From an uncultured virus (IMG/VR IMGVR_UViG_3300030019_000018) (Duplodnaviria > Heunggongvirae > Uroviricota > Caudoviricetes > Crassvirales), in the IMG/VR virus record IMGVR_UViG_3300030019_000018: a stretch of 30,039 bases of DNA; one strand, written 5' to 3'. The notes below the pieces were generated by a model, which was not told the DNA's origin, searched no databases, and was given only the letters and a program-made list of their open reading frames with translations. A program made the position numbers and the translations under genes. Within the stretch, counting starts at the first letter, position 1. Each line of letters opens with the position of its first letter. Shown here piece by piece: positions 1-8,624 of this stretch.

Positions 1-81
1 GTGGCTGATGAAACTGCTACAGTAGATTTAGTAGAAATTGATAAAGAAGATCCTAAGGTAGATATATTTCAAACAGTTTAA
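1..81 (+). CDS. 3' end of a hypothetical protein (partial, runs in from the left edge)
   Basis: Frame 1 is open from base 1 (VADETATVDLVEIDKEDPKVDIFQTV) to TAA at 79-81. It has the same purine-rich codon style as the neighbouring genes. Confidence 0.6.
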   Translation: MADETATVDLVEIDKEDPKVDIFQTV

Positions 82-95
82 ATAAAAATTATGAC

Positions 96-125
96 TTGAT
101 TATCTTGAAAGAATGGATATATTAG
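96..125 (+). promoter_or_regulatory. Possible Bacteroidota-type sigma70 promoter for the SSB-primase operon
   Basis: TTG (96-98), 19-nt spacer, TATATTAG (118-125). This is one mismatch from the TAnnTTTG -7 consensus and lies in the 108-bp intergenic gap. The AT-rich background weakens the call. Confidence 0.3.
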
Positions 126-189
126 GTATAAAAATATTAAGAATAAAAAAACAAAAAGACAAATTAAAACAAATTAAATTAAAATAAAT

Positions 190-1068
190 ATGGGATTTGC
201 AAAGGGAAAAGAATCAACAGAAGGAACAGGTAGTGTATTATTAAAAGGTATTGGTACAGTAAATGTAGTAGCTGTTAATCCTACTAAGGATGAATTATCT
301 AAATTGTTTAATGCTACAATAGAGAAAGACCCAGAATATATTACAGAAAAAGATGGCGTAAAATCTGCTAGAATTGATTTCTATTTGAAGTCAGTTTCAG
401 AGAAAAATAATGGTTTGGAATTTATTAAAAAATTAAGTTATTTCATTAGAAATGAACATTTTTATAATAAAGATGCAAGTAAAGTACAAATTATTGATAA
501 ATATGGTTCTACTGCTTGGGCTACTAAAGAAGAAGTAGCTGCTGGAAAATTACCTGCCTATGCAGAACAATATGATAGTTGCACTATACCATTTAAACCT
601 GCATATAAAGGGGAAGAAGAAATTGTAAGTTTCTTAAAAACATTCTTAATTATTTCAGGAAGAAAACGTTTAGATGCTAATAAAGGAGAGTGGGTTAATA
701 TTAATAATTTAGAAGAAGCAGAAGCTGGATTAACTAAGATTTCTAGTTATTTTAAAGGTGATTTTAAAGAATTAAAAGATATTATTAACTATCAACCTGA
801 TAATAAAATTCAAGCTATTTTTGGAGTAAAATCTACAGATGATGGCAAAGAGTATCAAGATGTATTTTCTACTGTACTTGGTAATAGAGTTAATAAATAT
901 GACAAAATTGCTAAAATTATTGATGATAAAAAGGTAGCAGGTGCTTATGCTAATACTGAATTTTCTATAGAGCCAATTCATACATGTAGTATAGAAGCTA
1001 CTACTTTTACTAAGTCTGCAGAAGTAGAAAAAGAAGGAGAAGAATCAGAACTTCCTTGGAAATTCTAA
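190..1068 (+). CDS. Putative single-stranded DNA-binding protein (crAss-like)
   Basis: 292 aa with an N-terminal VVAVNPTKDEL and an acidic tail ending EKEGEESELPWKF, like the acidic/aromatic tails of SSBs. It sits directly before the primase. Confidence 0.6.
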   Translation: MGFAKGKESTEGTGSVLLKGIGTVNVVAVNPTKDELSKLFNATIEKDPEYITEKDGVKSARIDFYLKSVSEKNNGLEFIKKLSYFIRNEHFYNKDASKVQIIDKYGSTAWATKEEVAAGKLPAYAEQYDSCTIPFKPAYKGEEEIVSFLKTFLIISGRKRLDANKGEWVNINNLEEAEAGLTKISSYFKGDFKELKDIINYQPDNKIQAIFGVKSTDDGKEYQDVFSTVLGNRVNKYDKIAKIIDDKKVAGAYANTEFSIEPIHTCSIEATTFTKSAEVEKEGEESELPWKF

Positions 1069-1071
1069 TAT

Positions 1072-2079
1072 ATGTTTGCAAGGGGAATTTCTAATAAAAA
1101 TTCTTTAGAAGATATAATTACACAAGTAAATGAGTATCAGATATTAAAATATTATTTTAATATTAACTCATTACCTTGTGTAATAAAATCCCCTTTAAGA
1201 GTAGATAAACATCCTTCATTTGGTATTACTTTATCAGAAAATTTTAAAGTGAAATTTAAAGATTTTGCTACTGGAGAAAATGGAAATATATTTACTCTTT
1301 TAAAGCTGTATTGTAAAATATCTTTTCAAGAATTAATAAATAAGATTTATAGTGATATAGAGGAAATAAAAAAGAAAAGATATAATAATATAAACTTAGT
1401 AATAAAGGATACTAAAAAAGATCATATTACTTATAATAGTAGTAGTGAGATGAAGGTGAAAGTCAGAGAATGGAAAGAATCTGATTTAGAGTATTGGAAA
1501 CAATATGGCATTGAACTGCCATTGTTAATTAAAAGTAATACTTACCCAATATCACATATTATTATAAAAAAGAAAGATAAATCTTATACATTTGGAACTG
1601 AAAAATATGCTTTTGCTTATATAGAGTATAAAGATAATACTCCAAGTATTAAAACTTATCAACCATACAGTAAAGAATATAAATGGAGAAATAACCACAA
1701 TCCTTCTGTATGGGACTTATGGGACTTATTACCTGCTAAAGGAAATACATTAATAATAACATCCAGTAGAAAAGATGCTTTAACTATTATTAATAATACT
1801 GGTACACCTGCAACTTCTTTACAAGCTGAAGGTTACTTTCCTAAAAAACAGGTAATTAATGAACTTAAAGGAAGGTTTAAAAAAATATTTATCTTCTATG
1901 ATAATGATTTTAATAAACCTATTAATTATGGACATAATTATGGTGCAGCTATTGCTAAAGAATTTAAATTGATTCAAATAGAAATACCTACAGAATATAT
2001 GTCTAAAGATCCTAGTGATTTATATAAAAATCATGGGAAAGAAATATTTATATCCGTTTTAGATAAATTAATTAATTAA
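1072..2079 (+). CDS. DNA primase (DnaG-like TOPRIM, crAss-like)
   Basis: N-terminal SPLRVDKHPSF...FKDFATGENGNIF (zinc-binding-domain-like). TOPRIM features IITSSRKD, FYDND (DxD) and C-terminal KDPSD. Confidence 0.85.
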   Translation: MFARGISNKNSLEDIITQVNEYQILKYYFNINSLPCVIKSPLRVDKHPSFGITLSENFKVKFKDFATGENGNIFTLLKLYCKISFQELINKIYSDIEEIKKKRYNNINLVIKDTKKDHITYNSSSEMKVKVREWKESDLEYWKQYGIELPLLIKSNTYPISHIIIKKKDKSYTFGTEKYAFAYIEYKDNTPSIKTYQPYSKEYKWRNNHNPSVWDLWDLLPAKGNTLIITSSRKDALTIINNTGTPATSLQAEGYFPKKQVINELKGRFKKIFIFYDNDFNKPINYGHNYGAAIAKEFKLIQIEIPTEYMSKDPSDLYKNHGKEIFISVLDKLIN

Positions 2080-2091
2080 AAAAAGAAAAAA

Positions 2092-2604
2092 ATGAGTACA
2101 AGAATTTTAAAGTTAAAACTACTTACTAGATTACAATTGGTTACTATTGAAACTTCCGTTAGAAATTTAGGAGAATTTAAAGAATTACCTGAAGTAAAAG
2201 AATTAAATATTAATTGGGGACAATCTAAATTGGTAGATAGAGCCACTCAAAATACAATTGAGTTAGATACTGCTCTACTTCCAAATATTGATTCTATTTT
2301 GTTTATAAGTGTAACCAAAACCTCTTCGGGTGTGTATACTAGATCTGAACTATATACTATTATTAAAGAGTATAAACAACAAGGAGGAGTGGTAAATTTT
2401 AATTATACACAAACAACTACTTCTAAACTACAAGAGTTTGTTAGTAGTATTAGTGATACAACTAAAAAAGTAGTAACACCTGAAGCATCAAATGTTAGTA
2501 ATAAAAATAGTGCTGTAGTTGAAATTAGTGACTTAGCTGATTTTGTAACTACAAACACTTTACAAAAAGAAGCTGTAGAAATTACTTCTAAATTAAAAAA
2601 ATAA
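2092..2604 (+). CDS. Putative ubiquitin-like (beta-grasp) protein precursor with a C-terminal extension
   Basis: Residues 1-80 show a strand-strand-helix-strand-strand hydrophobic pattern ending ILFISVTKTSSG (Gly80), followed by a 90-aa tail. It lies directly upstream of the E2-like, JAB and ThiF genes. The fold is inferred, not shown. Confidence 0.5.
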   Translation: MSTRILKLKLLTRLQLVTIETSVRNLGEFKELPEVKELNINWGQSKLVDRATQNTIELDTALLPNIDSILFISVTKTSSGVYTRSELYTIIKEYKQQGGVVNFNYTQTTTSKLQEFVSSISDTTKKVVTPEASNVSNKNSAVVEISDLADFVTTNTLQKEAVEITSKLKK

Positions 2605-2616
2605 TAATTTATTAAT

Positions 2617-2649
2617 AATATAGGGGGATATTAAATCCCCCTATATTTT
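2617..2649 (+). terminator. Intrinsic terminator or attenuator hairpin between the putative Ubl gene and the E2-like gene
   Basis: Perfect 13-bp stem AATATAGGGGGAT (2617-2629) / ATCCCCCTATATT (2635-2647) with a 5-nt loop, ending in a short T run. Confidence 0.7.
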
Positions 2650-2651
2650 AA

Positions 2652-3809
2652 ATGCTAAATATGGATTATACAAACAGATATTTTCAAGAATTTTTAAGGA
2701 TGAAAGATTCTGAAGTAGAAAAAATTCTAGGTAATTCAGATGATTTCTTCAAAAATAAATATTTTACTTACTTTGATAACATAATAAAACCAAGATATAA
2801 AGATAGTTATAGAGTAATTGGGGAAAACGTAGACTCATACTATGATATTTGTGATGTTAAAACATTTAATTATAATGATTATATAGAATGTAAAAATTTT
2901 TATAAGTATAATATACCTAAAAATAATGATGTTTATTATAACTTTGCTTATAAAAAAGCAGTTTTCTATTATGGGGAGGATAAAGTATGGAAAGATAATA
3001 GGAATAATTCTATAATAATATATTTTCCTACCATTACTATCAGCAATTCTCAAGGAGGATCTCATATTATGAGAGATTTATATGTAAAATTAAAAATAAA
3101 CAATAAAACATTAAATATTCTATTAGCTAGAACTACTGTTTTAGATTATGAATATCAACATTATTTATTTTCACATTGTAATGGAACTCGTTTAGGAAGA
3201 TATAGTGGTTCTTTATGCTTTGGAGATACTGTACTGCAAAATAATGTTAAAAAGTGTATAAACTCTTTTACTATTAATTACACTTCTATAGATTATATTA
3301 TATCTAGTTTATATGGATATTTAAGTTGGGAATCTTTAGAAGGTACTCCTTATTACACTTTTACAAATATTGAAAATCATATATATAACTATGATATTGA
3401 AAGAAGTTACTCTGTACAAACAGATACTGCTATTAAATATTTAATAAGTAATAATTTTTCTTTTGGTTATACTTTAAATAAAGATATTTGTAATAGGTAT
3501 AATCTTAGGTTTTCATCTAAATGTTTAGACGAAATGGAAACTTTATTAAATACATGTAAAGAGTTAGATAAATTTATTTGTTTTAAAGGTGTAAGTTGTA
3601 GTAATGTGTATAAACAAAGTGTGCCTACTACTCCTAGTATAGATATTTCTGAAGTTTACTTTAAACATGAAAAAATAAATTTAAAAATAATTGAATCTGA
3701 AGAAAAAATATTTGAAAAATCAAAGATACATTCCAGGTTAATTACTTCCATACAATCAATATTAGAACCAAAGTTATTAGATTATTTAATAAAAAAAGAA
3801 AATGAGTAG
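2652..3809 (+). CDS. Putative E2 (UBC-fold) ubiquitin-conjugating-like protein
   Basis: 385 aa. YLFSH(175)...GSLC(189)FG resembles the E2 H-P-[NH]...G-x-[IL]-C-L signature. It overlaps the JAB gene by 8 nt. The start could instead be the ATG at 2661. Confidence 0.5.
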   Translation: MLNMDYTNRYFQEFLRMKDSEVEKILGNSDDFFKNKYFTYFDNIIKPRYKDSYRVIGENVDSYYDICDVKTFNYNDYIECKNFYKYNIPKNNDVYYNFAYKKAVFYYGEDKVWKDNRNNSIIIYFPTITISNSQGGSHIMRDLYVKLKINNKTLNILLARTTVLDYEYQHYLFSHCNGTRLGRYSGSLCFGDTVLQNNVKKCINSFTINYTSIDYIISSLYGYLSWESLEGTPYYTFTNIENHIYNYDIERSYSVQTDTAIKYLISNNFSFGYTLNKDICNRYNLRFSSKCLDEMETLLNTCKELDKFICFKGVSCSNVYKQSVPTTPSIDISEVYFKHEKINLKIIESEEKIFEKSKIHSRLITSIQSILEPKLLDYLIKKENE

Positions 3810-4929
3810 TGAAATAAAATTAAACAATGTAGGAAAATTAATTATTAACGATAGATGTTTAAAAATTATAGATTATTTACATCATAAAATTGGGGCAACA
3901 GAATGGTCTGGTATGTTATTTTTTAAATTAATATCTGGAAATATTAAAAATAAAAAAGATTTAATATTTGAAGCTACTTTTATTTATCCTAGAGATATTG
4001 GAAATGCTACTTATACAGAAACAGAAGCTAGTGGAGATATAGCAGAAGCTTATAATTTGTATGAGTCTGGAATAGAGGAGTTTAATGGGCTAATTCACAC
4101 GCACCACCAAATGTCTGCTTTTTTCAGTAGTACAGACATTAATGAACTGACTTCAAATGCTAAGTTATACAATTTCTATTTATCTTTAATTGTTAATTTT
4201 GATGGTAAATACTGTGCAAAAGTAGCATTTCCAGGGAAAGAAAAAAGTCAATCTGTAATTTCATATATAGATGAAAATGGAGATTCTTATGAAACTCTTA
4301 TCAGTGAAGAAAATGATATTATAGCTATAGGAGATTTAACTATAGAATATAATAAAGAAATTCCACATGAAGATTGGATGGATTCTAAAATAGAAGAATT
4401 ACAAAAGAAAAAAGATGCTAAAGTAAAAACATCTTCTATCTATCAACCTAAAAATATACCTTTTAGAGCTAACACAAATGATCTTAGTAATGGATGGTTT
4501 AATAATAAAGCATTTAGTAAAGGATGGAGTGAGGTAGATGATTTATTTCCAGAGGATATTTATGCACAAAATGCTTATACTAATATAGAAAATGAAAGAA
4601 AGCCTTTTAATCCTAAAGAATTTTTATTAGAATTAATAGACACTCAATCTATTTCTGATTGTAATACTACAGATGCTAAGATTAAATCTAGTTTTAAAGA
4701 TAATATTGATAATAAAAGAACTTGTGATAATAATATAGACATCATTGATAGTAATTTAGAACTAGTTTATGAGGATATTGTAGATGATTTAGATTTTACT
4801 AATTTTAAATCTAATATGCAATTACTTATAGATTTATTAATTACTTATAATGAAATATATGGTAAAACTTTCTTTTACACAGAGTTATATGATATTATTA
4901 AGTTCCACATGGATAATTTTAAAAATTAA
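3802..4929 (+). CDS. JAB/JAMM (MPN+) metalloprotease, deubiquitinase-like
   Basis: Complete JAMM motif: E34 (TEWSG), then H99-T-H101-x7-S109-x2-D112 (IHTHHQMSAFFSSTD), plus a long acidic C-terminal extension. Confidence 0.85.
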   Translation: MSSEIKLNNVGKLIINDRCLKIIDYLHHKIGATEWSGMLFFKLISGNIKNKKDLIFEATFIYPRDIGNATYTETEASGDIAEAYNLYESGIEEFNGLIHTHHQMSAFFSSTDINELTSNAKLYNFYLSLIVNFDGKYCAKVAFPGKEKSQSVISYIDENGDSYETLISEENDIIAIGDLTIEYNKEIPHEDWMDSKIEELQKKKDAKVKTSSIYQPKNIPFRANTNDLSNGWFNNKAFSKGWSEVDDLFPEDIYAQNAYTNIENERKPFNPKEFLLELIDTQSISDCNTTDAKIKSSFKDNIDNKRTCDNNIDIIDSNLELVYEDIVDDLDFTNFKSNMQLLIDLLITYNEIYGKTFFYTELYDIIKFHMDNFKN

Positions 4930-4932
4930 ATT

Positions 4933-5595
4933 ATGGATACAGATAAAATATTTAGTAATTTTAAAACAGCTCCTTGGTACATAAAATCCAAGGAAGAAAC
5001 TATTCTTTTGACTGGTGTAGGAGGTATAGGTAGTAATACTATTATGGCTTTAGGGAAAACAATTCCTGCAAAATACTTCATTATTGATGATGATATAGTA
5101 GAAACTCACAACATAGGCACACAAGCCTTTAGAGAATCGCAAATTGGGCAAACTAAAGTACAAGCATGTTGTGACAATATTGATTATAAAAATATAATTG
5201 GTATTAAAAAGTTAGTTAAAAATGAATACAATCCTATTACCATCATGGGCTTTGACAACATGAAAGCTCGTAAATTAATCTTTGATAATTGGAAAGAAAA
5301 AGAGGATAGAGAAATACTTATTGATGGCAGATTAAGAGCTAATTTTTATGAAGTCTTTGTAGTTACTAAAGGAAGAGAAAGAAAATATGAAAAAACTTTA
5401 TTTGATGATAATGAGGTAGATACAATGCCTTGTACTTATAAGCAAACTGCTTATTTTGGAATGCTTATAGGAGCTAGGATTACACATGTATTATGTAATT
5501 ATTTAATAAATAAATATTCTGAAGAACCCTACTGTGTGGTACCATTTAAAATAGAAGAGTTGGGAGATATGTTTTTTAATAAATTAACACTATAA
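4933..5595 (+). CDS. ThiF/MoeB/E1-family adenylyltransferase
   Basis: GVGGIGS nucleotide-binding loop, DDDIVETHNIGTQ, KVQA, GFDNMKAR and IDGR, with a candidate catalytic Cys167 (MPCT). No CxxC zinc pairs. Confidence 0.9.
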   Translation: MDTDKIFSNFKTAPWYIKSKEETILLTGVGGIGSNTIMALGKTIPAKYFIIDDDIVETHNIGTQAFRESQIGQTKVQACCDNIDYKNIIGIKKLVKNEYNPITIMGFDNMKARKLIFDNWKEKEDREILIDGRLRANFYEVFVVTKGRERKYEKTLFDDNEVDTMPCTYKQTAYFGMLIGARITHVLCNYLINKYSEEPYCVVPFKIEELGDMFFNKLTL

Positions 5596-5597
5596 AT

Positions 5598-6113
5598 ATG
5601 TTCTTAAAGAAAAATAATAAAAATTATGAAGGTTGGATTCCTTATTTACACATTTTATTTCCTATTAAAGGTAATATACATAAGATAAAGGAATCTAATC
5701 ATGAATTTCCTAGTGTAAAAGAAGCTTTTTCTTTTATATTTAATACTACAAAAGGTGATATTTTGTATATACCTAAAGGATATAGATTTTTAATATCTCC
5801 AGGGATTATATTAAATGCATACAGTAATGATATTTTAGGTATACTATGTTATAAGGAGGAAAAACCTAAATTTTTTGTTAATATTAATTATTTTGAAAAT
5901 GCACCTTCTACGCATTTAGTATATATTAAAAGAGAACTCAAAAAATTTGGATTAAACCCTAACAAAGATATAAGTTATGAAACAGTAGATAAATTAAATA
6001 GTTGGTCTAATATATTAATTATAACTTTAGATAGTTATAAACCAGAAGTACAGGAAGAAATTAGTAAAGATTTTATTGAAGAACTTAAAAAGGAATATAA
6101 CAATGAAGAATAA
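5598..6113 (+). CDS. Hypothetical protein
   Basis: 171-aa ATG ORF starting 2 nt after the ThiF stop. No recognisable motif. Confidence 0.7.
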   Translation: MFLKKNNKNYEGWIPYLHILFPIKGNIHKIKESNHEFPSVKEAFSFIFNTTKGDILYIPKGYRFLISPGIILNAYSNDILGILCYKEEKPKFFVNINYFENAPSTHLVYIKRELKKFGLNPNKDISYETVDKLNSWSNILIITLDSYKPEVQEEISKDFIEELKKEYNNEE

Positions 6114-6600
6114 AGAAAGATTTTATGGTAAAGTTATCTATACACATTTAGTAAATAAAAATAGTTATAAATATCCAGATGGTATTACTAAAGTTGTAAT
6201 ATCTAGATTTAACATTGATTATTTATATGATTTATTAGTATCAAAAGAGATTGCACCTAATAATAAAAAACGGGTATTATATATAAATGCTCGTTATAAT
6301 ATTTTTATGTTACTTGGAAAAGAAAGTGAAGATGTTTTATTACAAGAGCATCCTAATATTTATTTGAAGTTATTACTAACTTATATTGCTAAAGAACTCA
6401 ATAAGAATTGTAATTCTTTACTAGAAGAAGTAGGAGGTAAAGTATGGGCTATATCATCTATTAAAAATGAAATTTCATCTTACTATATTAATAGCTTAGA
6501 AGTAAAAACGGGTTTTATAGGATTTCGTTGTAAATGTGATGCAGAATTAGCATTAGAAATCATAAAAGAATTTAGAGAAATGTTCATTGATGGTAAATAA
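6103..6600 (+). CDS. Hypothetical protein
   Basis: The ORF track starts at TTG 6076. The in-frame ATG at 6103, which overlaps the upstream stop, is the more likely start. No recognisable motif. Confidence 0.65.
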   Translation: MKNKERFYGKVIYTHLVNKNSYKYPDGITKVVISRFNIDYLYDLLVSKEIAPNNKKRVLYINARYNIFMLLGKESEDVLLQEHPNIYLKLLLTYIAKELNKNCNSLLEEVGGKVWAISSIKNEISSYYINSLEVKTGFIGFRCKCDAELALEIIKEFREMFIDGK

Positions 6601-7036
6601 AAAAATATTAAATTCAACTCCAAAAGAATATGAAGGTATAAAATTTAGATCTTTGTTAGAAATAACTTGCTATAAACATTTAAAAAGCTTAGAAATAAAT
6701 CCTCAATATGAAGAAGAAAAGTTTAAATTATTTAATGGCTTTTATCCTAAAAATATCAAAGTTTATGCTAAACCTTTAAAAGGGCATAAACAAACAATTC
6801 ATTTAATAGAAAGTAAAATCAGGGATATAGATTATACTCCTGATTTTACTATAAAAAACTATAAAGGATATGATATTTATATTGAATGCAAAGGGTTTCC
6901 TAATGATAGGTATCCTAATGTTAGAAAAATGTTTTTAAAACAATTAGAAAACAATGAAAATAATAAAATTATATTTTTTGAGCCTCAAGATCCAAGAGAT
7001 TTTATATTTATGAAAGAAATACTAAGTAATTTATGA
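6590..7036 (+). CDS. PD-(D/E)XK endonuclease (DUF1064 / T7 endonuclease I-like; possible Holliday junction resolvase)
   Basis: EYEGIKFRSLLE...YTPDF...IECKG motif series. ATG at 6590 (the track starts at TTG 6587). Confidence 0.75.
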   Translation: MVNKKILNSTPKEYEGIKFRSLLEITCYKHLKSLEINPQYEEEKFKLFNGFYPKNIKVYAKPLKGHKQTIHLIESKIRDIDYTPDFTIKNYKGYDIYIECKGFPNDRYPNVRKMFLKQLENNENNKIIFFEPQDPRDFIFMKEILSNL

Positions 7037-7335
7037 ATAAACAATTAAAGGAGATAGAATTTCTCATAGAGGAATTACCTATAAAAGATAGATTGTTGTG
7101 TAATAACTTTTTAAAAGAAAGAAATTTTCAATCTTTACTTGAAATAGTTCAAGCAGATATAAAATTAGGTTTAAGACATAATAGATTATTTAGATTTGAA
7201 AAACCCTATGAAGAAAAGTATAAAACGCTAAACATTGACATGTTGAGATTATTAGAAGTGAATATACTTTTATATACTAAAGATTTATTAACACCTGGCA
7301 CAGTAGCCACGGATGATTGGTTAATTTATGGGTAA
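7033..7335 (+). CDS. Hypothetical protein
   Basis: 100-aa ORF with an ATGA overlap on the upstream stop, suggesting translational coupling. Confidence 0.7.
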   Translation: MNKQLKEIEFLIEELPIKDRLLCNNFLKERNFQSLLEIVQADIKLGLRHNRLFRFEKPYEEKYKTLNIDMLRLLEVNILLYTKDLLTPGTVATDDWLIYG

Positions 7336-7609
7336 TAAAAAAGAATTTGAAGATTTTGAAGAATGTGAGTATAATGTATTATTAGACACTACACTAACAG
7401 AAGGAAAAAGAGGAGAGTTGTTTATAAAACCTTTAAAAAAGAAAGGATTAATTGTACCTTCTACAGAAGATGTAATAAAAAGATGGAAATGGGTAGATAA
7501 AAATGGATGGTGGTACTACCCATTACAAAAAATTGAAACTAAAATTATACTAAGTTATTTAACCTTTAAAGATTGGTTGGTTGATAAAAAAATCATTAAA
7601 AGACATTAG
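7328..7609 (+). CDS. Hypothetical protein
   Basis: 93-aa Trp-rich ORF overlapping both neighbours in a tightly packed operon. Confidence 0.6.
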   Translation: MGNKKEFEDFEECEYNVLLDTTLTEGKRGELFIKPLKKKGLIVPSTEDVIKRWKWVDKNGWWYYPLQKIETKIILSYLTFKDWLVDKKIIKRH

Positions 7610-8624
7610 TTGGCAAGTATCTGAAGATACTTATAGAAAAGATGAAGCTTTCTCATACTCTATGTTAAGTAGATTTGATAGAGAAGGTCATAGATGTATA
7701 CCACATCTATTTGATAAACAAGATAGTACAGCATTAAGATTTGGAGGGTTAGTAGATTGTTTACTAACTGCTCCTGAAGAATTTGAAGATAGATTTTTAA
7801 TATTTGATTTTAAAGTTCCTACAGATACTATAGTTAGAATTGTTAAAGACATTCATTCTAAAAGTGATATTGTAGATTTAAAATTAGTAGACAGAAATAT
7901 TATATTTACATCTATAGAAAAAGAAAACTATTCATCTTCATGGAAAGAAGATACTAGAATAGATAAAATTATAGATGAAGGTAGTGAATACTACAAAATG
8001 TTAAAACTATCTGAAAACAAAGCAATTATTTCACAAGATGAATATAAACAAGCAGTTAATTGTGAACAGGCATTAAAAATTTCTCCTTACACTGAAAATT
8101 ATTTTAGTTTAGATCCTTTTTCTAATGTAGAGAAATTGTTTCAATTAAAGTTTAAAAGTGATAGTTTATATGAACATCCTGTAAGGTGCATGTTGGATGA
8201 GGTAATTATACTACATGATGCAAAAATAATAGTCCCTGTAGACTTAAAAACTACAGGTAAAGATGAACATGAATTTAAAAAATCATTTATTGACTGGAGA
8301 TATTATTTACAATCAAGTCTTTATACTAAGATTTTAAAAGATATTATCAGTAGAGATGAGTATTTTAAAGATTTTACTATATTACCTTATGAATTTTTAG
8401 TAGTTAATAAAAACAATTTAACTCCATTAGTATATAAATATAATTTCAATCATTATGATGGAGATTTAATAGATAATTATGGTAATAAATTAAAAGGAGT
8501 TAAAACATTAATTACTGAATTAAATTACCATATTAAAAATAAAGAATATTCATATTCTTATGTAGCAAAAACTCACAGTGGATTACTTGAAATAGATAAT
8601 ATAAAACCTTATAAAAAAGAATGA
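7581..8624 (+). CDS. PD-(D/E)XK exonuclease (RecE/exonuclease VIII, DUF3799-like)
   Basis: FSYSML...LRFGGLVD...RCMLD...VDLKTTG...YYLQSSLY. The TTG start is uncertain. Confidence 0.75.
   Translation: MIKKSLKDISWQVSEDTYRKDEAFSYSMLSRFDREGHRCIPHLFDKQDSTALRFGGLVDCLLTAPEEFEDRFLIFDFKVPTDTIVRIVKDIHSKSDIVDLKLVDRNIIFTSIEKENYSSSWKEDTRIDKIIDEGSEYYKMLKLSENKAIISQDEYKQAVNCEQALKISPYTENYFSLDPFSNVEKLFQLKFKSDSLYEHPVRCMLDEVIILHDAKIIVPVDLKTTGKDEHEFKKSFIDWRYYLQSSLYTKILKDIISRDEYFKDFTILPYEFLVVNKNNLTPLVYKYNFNHYDGDLIDNYGNKLKGVKTLITELNYHIKNKEYSYSYVAKTHSGLLEIDNIKPYKKE

Noticed and set aside
128..189. A-rich stretch with repeated ACAAATTAAA before the SSB gene
   Set aside because: It is low-complexity leader sequence typical of SD-less translation starts, with no support for iterons or an origin.
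772..981. Short - strand ORFs at 772-981, 2835-3065, 10450-10806 and 13889-14077
   Set aside because: They are antisense shadows of well-supported + strand genes or the intron core, with Ile/Phe/Ser-rich composition typical of reverse frames in AT-rich DNA.
1711..1728. Tandem 9-mer TGGGACTTA x2 in the primase gene
   Set aside because: It is a two-copy in-frame repeat encoding WDLWDL, too short to indicate a repeat element.
4933..5595. ThiF as a thiamine, molybdopterin or tRNA-thiolation enzyme, or a microcin-type peptide maturase
   Set aside because: There is no ThiS/MoaD with a terminal GG, rhodanese, cysteine desulfurase or short precursor peptide nearby. The JAB and E2-like neighbours favour protein conjugation, though this is not formally excluded.
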